From positions 1 to 49,536 of the forward strand of contig JAACET010000002.1 in the NCBI GenBank assembly GCA_011682385.1: a stretch of 49,536 bases of DNA. The letters run 5' to 3'. Below are positions 1 through 8,348 of the stretch, piece after piece. The notes beneath the pieces were generated by a model. It saw only the letters and a program-made list of their open reading frames with translations, was not told the DNA's origin and did no database searches. Positions within the stretch are counted from its first letter, which is position 1. Each line of letters begins with the position of its first letter. The position numbers and the translations under genes are program-made. The DNA comes from Actinomycetota bacterium (GTDB taxonomy: Bacteria > Planctomycetota > Phycisphaerae > JAACET01).

Positions 1-1071
1 CAGGCGTGTTTTTTCCACATCGACCAGTTTGACGATGTAACCGACACGCTTACACTCTCGCGCGACCTGCCCGCGGTCCCCCAAGCTGGTGATACTTTCA
101 GACCGATCATCGGCGGCAATTTCCGCAGCGCCCAGGAATGTTTCGGCCTGGCTGTTGGCGGACAGATTCCAGAGCTTGAAGCCGTGGCCTGCACGAACGT
201 CACCGGTGTGACCGTCACCAAGGCCTCGGGATTACTCGGTGAGGGCAATATCTACGTCAGCTATGATGTTACATTGGACGAGCTCTATCTTCGACGCGAC
301 GGTGAGCAGAATGGTGTTGGTCTGGATGTATCGGCTGATCTAACGGATGCGATTGTCTTTGCCCAAGACGCCCAAGCGTATTTTAGAATAAACGTCATAG
401 CCGCGAGTCTGCCCGTGGGTAATACAAGCGACATATTCACGCTGACCTGCCCGGAAGCGGTCTTTACGCCGGACTTCGAGGGCTATGAAACCGCAGAGGG
501 CACCGGCGGCAAAATTCGTTATCGCCTGGAAGTTCTGCGTAACGAAGATACGGTCGATACGATGGTGGACTTGCAAGTCTATTCAGGCAAACCCACGGGC
601 GGTCCGACGACGATCACCTCCAGTCAGTCGCTTACGACGGACGCCGGGCAATTCAGTGTAGCGGATGCAACGGACTGGCCGGCACGATCCTTCTGGGTCA
701 AGAACACCACACGCACCGATTGCCGCTACATCAATTATCGAAGTGGAACTACATTTTATGCCGCCGCCGCAGATAGCGGTCTACGCGGCTACACGGCCGT
801 CAACTGGGAACAGTCAGACAACGTCCAGGTGATGTCCGACGTGGACATCGCCGTTGAGGTCCCCACTGCCGGACAGTTTGCTGATCCCGACGGTGAAATC
901 ACCCCGCCGGTGGGTGTTAGCTTCGCCGAGCACGCATCGGTCAACGATTCGATCTACATCGGCGATCTTGCGACGGGTGAGATGATCGGCGTCTGGCGAC
1001 GCGAGACGATTGTGGACAATCACCGGGCCAGGAAACTCATCCGCTGTGATACGATCTGTCTGTGGAGCTAA
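1..1071 (+). CDS. Hypothetical protein, 5'-truncated by the window edge (possible structural-module protein)
   Basis: Frame 1 has no stop from nt 1 into the listed 184..1071 ORF, so the GTG at 184 is probably internal. Stop is TAA at 1069-1071. The next gene starts 14 nt later, with AAGGAG at 1070-1075. No motif recognised. Confidence 0.5.
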   Translation, partial: QACFFHIDQFDDVTDTLTLSRDLPAVPQAGDTFRPIIGGNFRSAQECFGLAVGGQIPELEAVACTNVTGVTVTKASGLLGEGNIYVSYDVTLDELYLRRDGEQNGVGLDVSADLTDAIVFAQDAQAYFRINVIAASLPVGNTSDIFTLTCPEAVFTPDFEGYETAEGTGGKIRYRLEVLRNEDTVDTMVDLQVYSGKPTGGPTTITSSQSLTTDAGQFSVADATDWPARSFWVKNTTRTDCRYINYRSGTTFYAAAADSGLRGYTAVNWEQSDNVQVMSDVDIAVEVPTAGQFADPDGEITPPVGVSFAEHASVNDSIYIGDLATGEMIGVWRRETIVDNHRARKLIRCDTICLWS

Positions 1072-1085
1072 GGAGTTAAAAAGAC

Positions 1086-4000
1086 ATGGCCGTCAAACTA
1101 CTCTTGCCGTTCAATAACTCGTTCCACGACGGTTCCGGTAACGATCACGACGTCCAAACGCCGGGATATTTCACATTTCTGGATGACAGTCCGTTCGGTT
1201 ATGGACTTTATGCCAACACCGGGCGAATCTGGCTGGACGATCACAGTGACTGGCAGCTCGGCACGGGCGATTTTACGTTCGATAGCCAGGTAAAGGTGGA
1301 CAGCGCCGGATCGACTTATCAGTACGTATTCTACCTTGGCAGCGGCCGTAGCCTGGTTGTGCTGTTCAATAAATCCAGCCGTTACGTGCGTCTGTATCTA
1401 AACAACAGCTATCTGAACTCGGCCAGCAGTGTCTTTAGTTTGGATACATGGTTCCACGTGGCGGTCATCCGCTCCAGCGGTGTCGTTCGCGTATTTATCG
1501 ACGGTGGGCAGGTTATTGAATGGACCAATTCGGCCGATATTGTACCGGTCGACGGCCTGGCTGTGGCCAATTCACTTTCAGGCAGCGACTCGGTCGCAGG
1601 AACTGCGGAACTGCGGTTCTGCAATCACGCCGAGACGGATTGGTGGGGCGGTTTTACTCCGCCAACTGAGCCGTACCCTGCCACCGATCCGCCTGTTATC
1701 CCGCCAGATTCAAGTGGAGAATTCATCGCCCCATTCGATGATCACTACTTCGCCTTTAACCGGGCGGGTGATCCAGTCACGCCGAGATTTAATGGCCATT
1801 ACGCCTTCGAGCCCGGATTTCTTGATTCGGCTATCCGGTTCAACTATGGCAACCTGTACTACGAAAACCACGACGGGCTCAAGCTAAACACAGACGACTT
1901 CACTGTGGATTTTCGTATCAAGATAGATGATTATTCGACGGGTACGTTTGCACTTATCGATTCGAGCGGATCGAATTACCTCCGGATGTTTTTCTATTCC
2001 GATGGCCGGATTCGAAGCTACGTCGGCAACACGAACTTCTACGCCTACACCGCTGTGACGACTGGCCAGTGGCATCACGTAGCCTTAGTCCGCAACGGCG
2101 ATCTTTTCATTCTCTACGTCGATGGGGCGATGAAGGCCACCTACTGGACGTCCGGACTGACAGTCAACCCCGACGGCAATCTCTATATCGGCACATACGC
2201 AAACTCCGAGAGTGCTCACCTGGTCGGCCTGCTCAAAAAATTCCGCGTAAGAAAAGAAGCCCGCTGGATAACCGACTTCGACGCGTCCCAAGTGCAAGTC
2301 ATCACGCCCTCGGCTACCAAACCCGCTCCAACAACCGATGCTGACTTTCTGCTGCATTTAAATAATAGCTTCGCCGATATATCGGGGACTAAACCGGGAT
2401 TGAACGGCAGCTTCAACTTCGAGACCGGCATATTCGAGAAGGCTATCAGATTCAACTACGGCAACATTGGCTTCGCGTCGCTTGATTCAATAAAACTCGG
2501 CGGTAACGACTTCACTCTCGACTTTCGTATGAAGGTCGACTCGTTTGACAATGGCAACTTCGCCGTCTTTGACACAGCCGGCAGCAACTACCTGCGGATG
2601 TATTTCTATACCACCGGTTCTATCCGTCTGTACATTGGGGCCAGCAACTGGACAACACAAACCGGTTTGATCCAGATTGGCCAGTGGTATCACATCGCCC
2701 TTGTACGCGTCAATCGTGTCTTCCTGCTCTACCTCGACGGCGTCATGGTATGGCAGGTGGTCTCCACACCATCAGACCTGAATCCAATCGGCGATCTTAC
2801 GCTAGGGTCGTTTAAAAACTCCGAATCCGCCCATCTAGACGGCCTGCTTGAAGAATTCCGTGTGGTCAAAGACATAGCCGGGTGGATAGAAGACTTCACG
2901 CCCCCGGCTAGCGCCTATCCTTACACCACACCGCCAGATACCGATCCCGCCCCTGTCCCTGACTTTGTCTGTCATTTTGATGACGGTGTATTCGATTCGT
3001 CCGGCAACAACTACTCCGTTACAGAAAACGCTCCTTTAACATTAGCCTACACGCCGGGCAAGTTCGACCAAGCCGGTCAATTTACCGGCCAGGAGTACCT
3101 CATTGTCGGTCAGCCATCCGACTGGCAAATCGGCACGGGCGACTTTCTACTCGACTGCTGGGTGAAACTCCCTGTCAATTATACCAACAGCCGTTACCTG
3201 TTCGATCTCGGCGGGCGGAAACTCGCGGCCTACACCTACTCGGTTAATCAGCTGCGGATATACATCAACGGCAGTTCCTACTATCTGGCGAACATACCGA
3301 CGGACCGTTGGTTCCACTTGGCCCTACTGCGAAGCGGCCGGAGCTTTTTGGTCTATCTCGACGGCCAACTGGGAATCTCCATAACCTATACAAGCTCGAT
3401 TGACCCGATATATGATTTTGCGATAGGCTCATACTATTTGGGCTCCAGTCAATTCATCGGCGAGTTGGACGAGCTGCGGCTGTTTAAACAATCCGCCGCC
3501 TTCTTCACCGGCGAATTCACACCGCCGACTAGCCCCCAAAGCGATCCGCCCATCACAGCGCCGCCGATCAATGCCCCGCGAACACTCGGCCCCGAGGGGG
3601 ATGCCTACGATCAAACCCAGGTTTTCGAGTGGACCAAGGTTTTTCAGACCGACCGCTATGAATGGGAACTGATCGGCGTCGAGACGGTTAGTGATTACCC
3701 AAATCGTTCGTACACAACCACGATTGCTTACGGCTCTTATCAATGGCGTGTCCGAGCGGGAAACACTTATGGCTACGGCCCGTGGTCGGACAATGTCCCG
3801 CTTACCATCCAGCCGCTGATACTCGGCAATCCACTTAGTGGCGAAACCCACAACTGGCCGGAATATCTCTACGTCGCCGAAGAAATGGACGCCGAACCCA
3901 TCCGCCTGAAATACGCCGCCACCGGCGTCGGTGATAATGACGAAGAAGGCTGGGAGAACGCCGACGCTTCTACGCGGCTATACTGGAGAAGTACCTCCAG

Positions 4001-5402
4001 CACATGGATCTTTGATAATAGCTACTCTACGCTTTACGAATCCGACGGCGTCTGGTCGCTAAACGGCCCGACTTCCGCTGACGGTTTAAAAATCGAACGT
4101 TTCCAATCTGGTGCACACTTCTACTACTTCTCGCCAAGTTCGGTGATCGCGGCCCAGCCTCCGGTTACGCTTGACGGCTTCTGCCCGATCCGTGCCTTCA
4201 ATTGGGACTTCGAACAGGCTGACGGACTTTCAGTTAGCGGACTAACCGGCACCACACCGCCCGCCAATCAGATAGATCACTGGAAGCTCAAACTCCGCGC
4301 GGGTCAGCAATATGACTTCACCTGTACATTGAACACCGAGGCGTATCGAATGTACTTTCGCCTTTACGAGAGAAACGGCCGCACGCAGTTGGCGAGCGGA
4401 TACACTAATTACGCCACCCCAGCCACATTCAGCTACACGCCTACAGTCAGTGGTGATTATTTCTTTCTGGCCGACGGTTACTCTTATGGCTATTACGGCT
4501 CGTACACAATCGAATCCGACCCCGCTCCTTCACGCGGTACTTTTTCAAGGGCACTGCACGCTTTCAGTGTTCGTCAGGGCTGTCAAACCGAACGTTTGAA
4601 TAGCCACAAGGCACTGCGGTACATCCTCCAATCCATCCGGCCCGATGCCTGGCCCGCCCACAAACTCAGTGAGATTATTCGACGTGATGCTATTTCCGCA
4701 CGAAGCGAAACCGTCTCCGAAAACCTGATCGCCCACGCCGCCCGCCATCGGAGAAACAGCTGGTTTATCGAGGCATTCGCCGCACGAAGAACGGCTGACG
4801 CTGCTCGCTTGAACCGAAACAACGCCTACATCCGAGCCGGCTGGGACGTCTATGCACGCAATACTGAGACCGACGAAGCGATTTACCTCGGCTTGGTCCC
4901 GGCCGATGCCTCACCGCGAGAACTTGCGGACGTGTATATCCCGGACGGCACTTGGGAGATCGAGGCTCGGCCAGCCGACTTGTTCTGGCAGGATTGTCGA
5001 ACCCGAAAAGTTCTGACGTTGAGCGTCGGCGATACTTCACAAGCCGGTCTGCCCGCGATTCAGAATCTCCGACGTGAAATCAGCCCAACGTCCTTCCAGC
5101 CCATCTTGAAATGGAACATTGCAGACGAATACACCCCGCAAACCTTCGACTTTGCTGTCTGGCTCACAGACACCGATCCGGGCACAATCATTCCAACCGC
5201 ACCGCCGGACGACACAGTTCGTTATCAGCAGGGCAGGGGTGACTATCAGTTTTTCTATACTCAAAGCGCCGACCGATATGCCACAGTCGCCGCTGTAAGC
5301 GACACCGAAAACGGCCAACCCGCCACGATCTTCATCCCCTGGGCGACGCAACCGCCCATCAGCCCACCAAACCAACTGGCCATTCATTCTCAAGAGGGTT
5401 AG
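1086..5402 (+). CDS. Giant protein with no signal peptide and four LamG/concanavalin-like modules, an FN3-like and a PPC-like segment (tail-fibre/adhesin-like)
   Basis: ATG at 1086 is preceded by AAGGAG. There are four ~190-aa modules (about aa 1-190, 211-400, 420-605, 626-811). They open with LLLPFNNSFHDGSGN, FIAPFDDHYFAFN, FLLHLNNSFADISG and FVCHFDDGVFDSSGN. Pro-rich FTPP-type linkers separate them. The segment YEWELIG...YQWRVRAGNTYGYGPWS looks FN3-like. The segment IDHWKLKLRAGQQYDF...SGDYFFLADG (about nt 4263-4521) looks PPC-like. Confidence 0.75.
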   Translation: MAVKLLLPFNNSFHDGSGNDHDVQTPGYFTFLDDSPFGYGLYANTGRIWLDDHSDWQLGTGDFTFDSQVKVDSAGSTYQYVFYLGSGRSLVVLFNKSSRYVRLYLNNSYLNSASSVFSLDTWFHVAVIRSSGVVRVFIDGGQVIEWTNSADIVPVDGLAVANSLSGSDSVAGTAELRFCNHAETDWWGGFTPPTEPYPATDPPVIPPDSSGEFIAPFDDHYFAFNRAGDPVTPRFNGHYAFEPGFLDSAIRFNYGNLYYENHDGLKLNTDDFTVDFRIKIDDYSTGTFALIDSSGSNYLRMFFYSDGRIRSYVGNTNFYAYTAVTTGQWHHVALVRNGDLFILYVDGAMKATYWTSGLTVNPDGNLYIGTYANSESAHLVGLLKKFRVRKEARWITDFDASQVQVITPSATKPAPTTDADFLLHLNNSFADISGTKPGLNGSFNFETGIFEKAIRFNYGNIGFASLDSIKLGGNDFTLDFRMKVDSFDNGNFAVFDTAGSNYLRMYFYTTGSIRLYIGASNWTTQTGLIQIGQWYHIALVRVNRVFLLYLDGVMVWQVVSTPSDLNPIGDLTLGSFKNSESAHLDGLLEEFRVVKDIAGWIEDFTPPASAYPYTTPPDTDPAPVPDFVCHFDDGVFDSSGNNYSVTENAPLTLAYTPGKFDQAGQFTGQEYLIVGQPSDWQIGTGDFLLDCWVKLPVNYTNSRYLFDLGGRKLAAYTYSVNQLRIYINGSSYYLANIPTDRWFHLALLRSGRSFLVYLDGQLGISITYTSSIDPIYDFAIGSYYLGSSQFIGELDELRLFKQSAAFFTGEFTPPTSPQSDPPITAPPINAPRTLGPEGDAYDQTQVFEWTKVFQTDRYEWELIGVETVSDYPNRSYTTTIAYGSYQWRVRAGNTYGYGPWSDNVPLTIQPLILGNPLSGETHNWPEYLYVAEEMDAEPIRLKYAATGVGDNDEEGWENADASTRLYWRSTSSTWIFDNSYSTLYESDGVWSLNGPTSADGLKIERFQSGAHFYYFSPSSVIAAQPPVTLDGFCPIRAFNWDFEQADGLSVSGLTGTTPPANQIDHWKLKLRAGQQYDFTCTLNTEAYRMYFRLYERNGRTQLASGYTNYATPATFSYTPTVSGDYFFLADGYSYGYYGSYTIESDPAPSRGTFSRALHAFSVRQGCQTERLNSHKALRYILQSIRPDAWPAHKLSEIIRRDAISARSETVSENLIAHAARHRRNSWFIEAFAARRTADAARLNRNNAYIRAGWDVYARNTETDEAIYLGLVPADASPRELADVYIPDGTWEIEARPADLFWQDCRTRKVLTLSVGDTSQAGLPAIQNLRREISPTSFQPILKWNIADEYTPQTFDFAVWLTDTDPGTIIPTAPPDDTVRYQQGRGDYQFFYTQSADRYATVAAVSDTENGQPATIFIPWATQPPISPPNQLAIHSQEG

Positions 5403-5507
5403 TTCCTCAAATAACAAGTGGTCATTACCTGGGGTCTATCGGTCTGACAACAAATCGCCACATAACCGTTGGCGAAGTTGAATGGTCCCACCTAATCGTA
5501 TAGGACC

Positions 5508-5758
5508 TACTCCCGTGCGGAACGCTCGTCTAGGCCAGAAATTCCCGTGGAGTCCGAATGAATAGGATTAGGTATCGTCCCTGGCTGAAGATTGGTTTCG
5601 ATGAATACACGCCGTAAGTGCGGCCGCCGGCCAGGCTCCATTTTATAATCGGACCAGTTTTTGGGGAATAATATGGTACTCCCGTGCGGAATGCTCGTCC
5701 AAGCCACGTATCAAGCCCTGCGCGAAGTATGTCTGGAGGAAATACACAACGTAAGTGC
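5508..5758. repeat. Imperfect two-box direct repeat in a 627-bp intergenic region
   Basis: Box A (TACTCCCGTGCGGAAYGCTCGTCYARGCC) occurs at 5508-5536 and 5677-5705, 26/29 identical. Box B (AATACACnnCGTAAGTGC) occurs at 5604-5621 and 5741-5758, 16/18 identical. A-to-B spacing is 96 nt in the first unit and 64 nt in the second. Confidence 0.6.
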
Positions 5759-5978
5759 TGTTATGAAAACCGGCAATTAGAGATCGCTCACGAGAAGGGT
5801 TGCGTACAGGGAGAGCCCTTAAAACAGAAAAGTGGAACTTTTATTGAGCTGCCATCATTTAGCACCCCATCAATAGTAACCTCCTGCAAATATACGCGTT
5901 ATCGCCAGAGCAGGCTGTTTGTCTGACGCTTTGCGTGAAAACAAATCGTAGAATTTCTCGGTTTGAGAAAGAATTTGC

Positions 5979-6007
5979 TTGCTAAATGCATTTAGCTAGT
6001 GTATTAT
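5979..6007 (+). promoter_or_regulatory. Putative sigma70-like promoter of the LacI-family gene with an embedded 16-bp palindromic operator
   Basis: TTGCTA (5979-5984), a 17-nt spacer, then TATTAT (6002-6007). The perfect palindrome GCTAAATGCATTTAGC at 5981-5996 overlaps the -35 element and spacer. GGAG at 6041-6044 precedes the ATG at 6051. Confidence 0.45.
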
Positions 6008-6050
6008 GGCCTCAGATGTAGGGTTCTAAGTGGAACTGACGGAGCTTGGC

Positions 6051-7106
6051 ATGGCGGTCACGATGCGTGATATTGCGGAGATAGCAGGTGTTTCATCATC
6101 TGCTGTCGCACACGTTCTCAGCGGAAATGCTCGAACACGGCGCATATCAAAAAAAACGCAGCAGGCCATACTTCGTATCACAAAGAGTCTGGACTACAGA
6201 TCCAATCCGATCGCGCGTCAGCTTCGGACCGGACGAACGAATAGGCTGGGTTTAGTTATCAGGAATTTCTCGAATCCATGGGCCAGCCACATTGCCCAGG
6301 CAATGCAGACAGAAGCGACTCAGCACGGCTTGGCCGTACACGCTTCCAGTTGGGAAGCGCGTGGAGACAGCCGAAAGGCGACCATTGAAGCGGTTCTGGA
6401 CGCGGGAGCGGACGGAATAATCGCCACTTACTTAGCTGCTTTTTTCGACGGTTGGCACGAGTATTTTTCAGGGCTCTGGAAACAGCGAATCCCATGCATC
6501 ATTGCCGCGGAGCTTGGAAAGGATGCTGAAATTCCCTGCGATTCTGTAATGATCGAACTTCAGAATGCATCTTTCGAGGCCCTGGAGCATCTCTACTCGC
6601 TGGGGCATCGGCGTATTGCTTACATCCGAGTTGGCCCCAAGAAGGCTTTGGCAGGCGGCGGCCGAGACTCAGCCGTCAAGGATTTCGCTGGGGTACACAA
6701 GTTCAAGGCGGATGACCTGCCGATACTATACGTCGCGCCTACTATAGAAGGAGGCGCAAAGGCCGGACGGGAGTTGCTAAAAATGCATCCAAGGCCCACG
6801 GCAGTGTTCGCTTCCAAGGATATCATCGCCCTGGGGATGATCGGTACGCTGCGAGCGGGCGGTCTGCGGGTTCCCGAAGATGTTTCCATAGTTGGCTGCG
6901 GTAACATTGATCTGGGCCGGTTTCAGGAAAAGCCGCTTAGCACGATTTCTTGGCCATATGGGGAATTGGCAAAGCTTTGTATACAGCAGATAAGGGCACG
7001 GATACACGACAAAGATTGGCTAAAACCCGTTCGTCGTGAGTTGAAAAGCAAGCTCATTGTACGGCAAACAACAGCCGTGTGCCCTGTGCGTGGTGATGAA
7101 GTCTGA
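6051..7106 (+). CDS. LacI-family transcriptional regulator
   Basis: N-terminal HTH is MAVTMRDIAEIAGVSSSAVAHVLSG...ITKSLDYRSNPIARQLR, followed by a periplasmic-binding-protein-like sugar-binding core. I prefer ATG 6051 to the listed GTG 6030 because of the RBS and the usual LacI N-terminus. Confidence 0.9.
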   Translation: MAVTMRDIAEIAGVSSSAVAHVLSGNARTRRISKKTQQAILRITKSLDYRSNPIARQLRTGRTNRLGLVIRNFSNPWASHIAQAMQTEATQHGLAVHASSWEARGDSRKATIEAVLDAGADGIIATYLAAFFDGWHEYFSGLWKQRIPCIIAAELGKDAEIPCDSVMIELQNASFEALEHLYSLGHRRIAYIRVGPKKALAGGGRDSAVKDFAGVHKFKADDLPILYVAPTIEGGAKAGRELLKMHPRPTAVFASKDIIALGMIGTLRAGGLRVPEDVSIVGCGNIDLGRFQEKPLSTISWPYGELAKLCIQQIRARIHDKDWLKPVRRELKSKLIVRQTTAVCPVRGDEV

Positions 7107-7110
7107 ATCG

Positions 7111-7274
7111 AGAGAAAAAAGGAGGGTCTTTATGGGCTAATGTGAATTGAATGTGTGGATAGGTGTTAGAAGTAGGTTTTTTTCTAGAGAAAAAAGGAGG
7201 GTCTTTATGGGCTAATGTGAATTGAATGTGTGGATAGGTGTTAGAAGTAGGTTTTTTTCTAGAGAAAAAAGGAG
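7111..7274 (+). repeat. Perfect 75-bp tandem duplication (2 full copies plus a 14-nt third start) of the 5' leader/RBS region
   Basis: 7111-7185 and 7186-7260 are 100% identical. 7261-7274 (AGAGAAAAAAGGAG) restarts the unit, then diverges into the real start region. Each full unit carries AAGGAGG followed by the mini-ORF ATGGGCTAA. Confidence 0.95.
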
Positions 7275-7281
7275 AATTGTT

Positions 7282-8178
7282 ATGAAGATGAAAGTTGCAT
7301 GCTTATTGAGTGTGGCAGTGGCGGTGCTGGCTCTGGGCTCGGGATCGGCGATGGGGTTCTTGACCATCACGGATGGTTTTGAGGACGCAGCTTACAGTAC
7401 GGGTGCCTTCGCGGATACCTCCGGCGATTACGACCCGGCGACCCCGAATGCGGTAGGCGAGACAGTAACGGGTTTGGGCCCGCAGTATGCAGGAGGTACA
7501 GTGGATGACTACGGCCAGGTAACGAGGTATACGGCAGGCAGCGGGAATCTGGATCCCGGCCCGAACTCCGGTAACGGCTACATGCGCCTGGTCCGTGGGT
7601 ATCATGACGGCGGCAATGTACAGATGTTCTATTCCTTAAGTGGGATGGAGAGTGCCAGCAATCCCGTGACCATTTCATTTTATGTTAACGGTCAGAGTGA
7701 CCTTGCCGGCAGCGACCCGGGCGGCTATGGCAGGAGCAACCCCAGCGGCGCAACTGGGATCTCTTTCAGCTTAGACCACTCCGGCGGCGCCACCGACGAT
7801 ATGGGCTTCTTCTGCGGCCTAAGCGATTACGGCAGCACCGCGATTTCCTGGGATTACAACGACCAGCAGGGCGGCGGTTGGACCGCCACCGGTTCTAGTA
7901 TTACCCTCAACTCCTGGAAGCAGGTCAAGATAGAGGTCAACAGCTGGAAGGTCGGAGCGGTGCTGGGGACGCTTGATTTTTGGTACGACGGTGTCGAGTA
8001 CACCAATATACCCAATAACGCCACGGAGGGTGCCAGTTTCATGATAGGTACCGGCGGCGGCATTGAGTATTACCTCGACGATGTAAGCATAACGGAGATT
8101 CCCGAGCCGGTGACGCTGGCCCTGCTCAGTGCCGGTGGTGTATTGGCCCTACTGGGCCGGCGCCGACGGGCCGCTTAG
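7282..8178 (+). CDS. Secreted PEP-CTERM-anchored protein (jelly-roll/lectin-like body)
   Basis: ATG 7282 follows AAGGAG (7270-7275). Signal peptide is MKMKVACLLSVAVAVLALGSGSAMG. The C-terminus IPEPVTLALLSAGGVLALLGRRRRAA has the PEP motif, a TM helix and an Arg cluster. The listed start 7222 lies inside the tandem repeat. Confidence 0.8.
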   Translation: MKMKVACLLSVAVAVLALGSGSAMGFLTITDGFEDAAYSTGAFADTSGDYDPATPNAVGETVTGLGPQYAGGTVDDYGQVTRYTAGSGNLDPGPNSGNGYMRLVRGYHDGGNVQMFYSLSGMESASNPVTISFYVNGQSDLAGSDPGGYGRSNPSGATGISFSLDHSGGATDDMGFFCGLSDYGSTAISWDYNDQQGGGWTATGSSITLNSWKQVKIEVNSWKVGAVLGTLDFWYDGVEYTNIPNNATEGASFMIGTGGGIEYYLDDVSITEIPEPVTLALLSAGGVLALLGRRRRAA

Positions 8179-8214
8179 CAGCAGCATAGGTGATTGGCGC
8201 AAAGGCGAGGGCCT

Positions 8215-8236
8215 TTTGGCCCTCGCTCGACGGTTG
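8215..8236 (+). terminator. GC-rich hairpin downstream of the PEP-CTERM gene (possible terminator, no clear T-tract)
   Basis: GCGAGGGCC-TTTT-GGCCCTCGC forms a perfect 9-bp stem with a 4-nt loop, 37 nt after the stop at 8178. It is followed by TCGACGG rather than a U-run. Confidence 0.4.
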
Positions 8237-8348
8237 AAACTTGCGATCTCCGGCTGGGCCATCAGCGTACAGGGATGGTGTAGCCGGTTCGTGAGCCTTT
8301 ATGTATGTGGGGTACGGCCGGAGGCCGCCATGAGGATGCAACGATATA

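Noticed and set aside
5507-5926. Small ORFs 5507..5707 (-) and 5684..5926 (+)
   Set aside because: They lie across the box A/box B repeats, with no RBS or plausible protein features. The repeat conservation is better described at the DNA level.
7111-7274. Possible CRISPR array or minisatellite
   Set aside because: There are only about 2.2 directly abutting identical 75-bp units with no spacers, and no cas genes in the window. It is a simple tandem duplication.
7222-7281. Upstream extension of the PEP-CTERM ORF (listed TTG start at 7222)
   Set aside because: The extension lies within the tandem repeat and would bury the signal peptide 20 residues inside the protein. ATG 7282 has a proper RBS.
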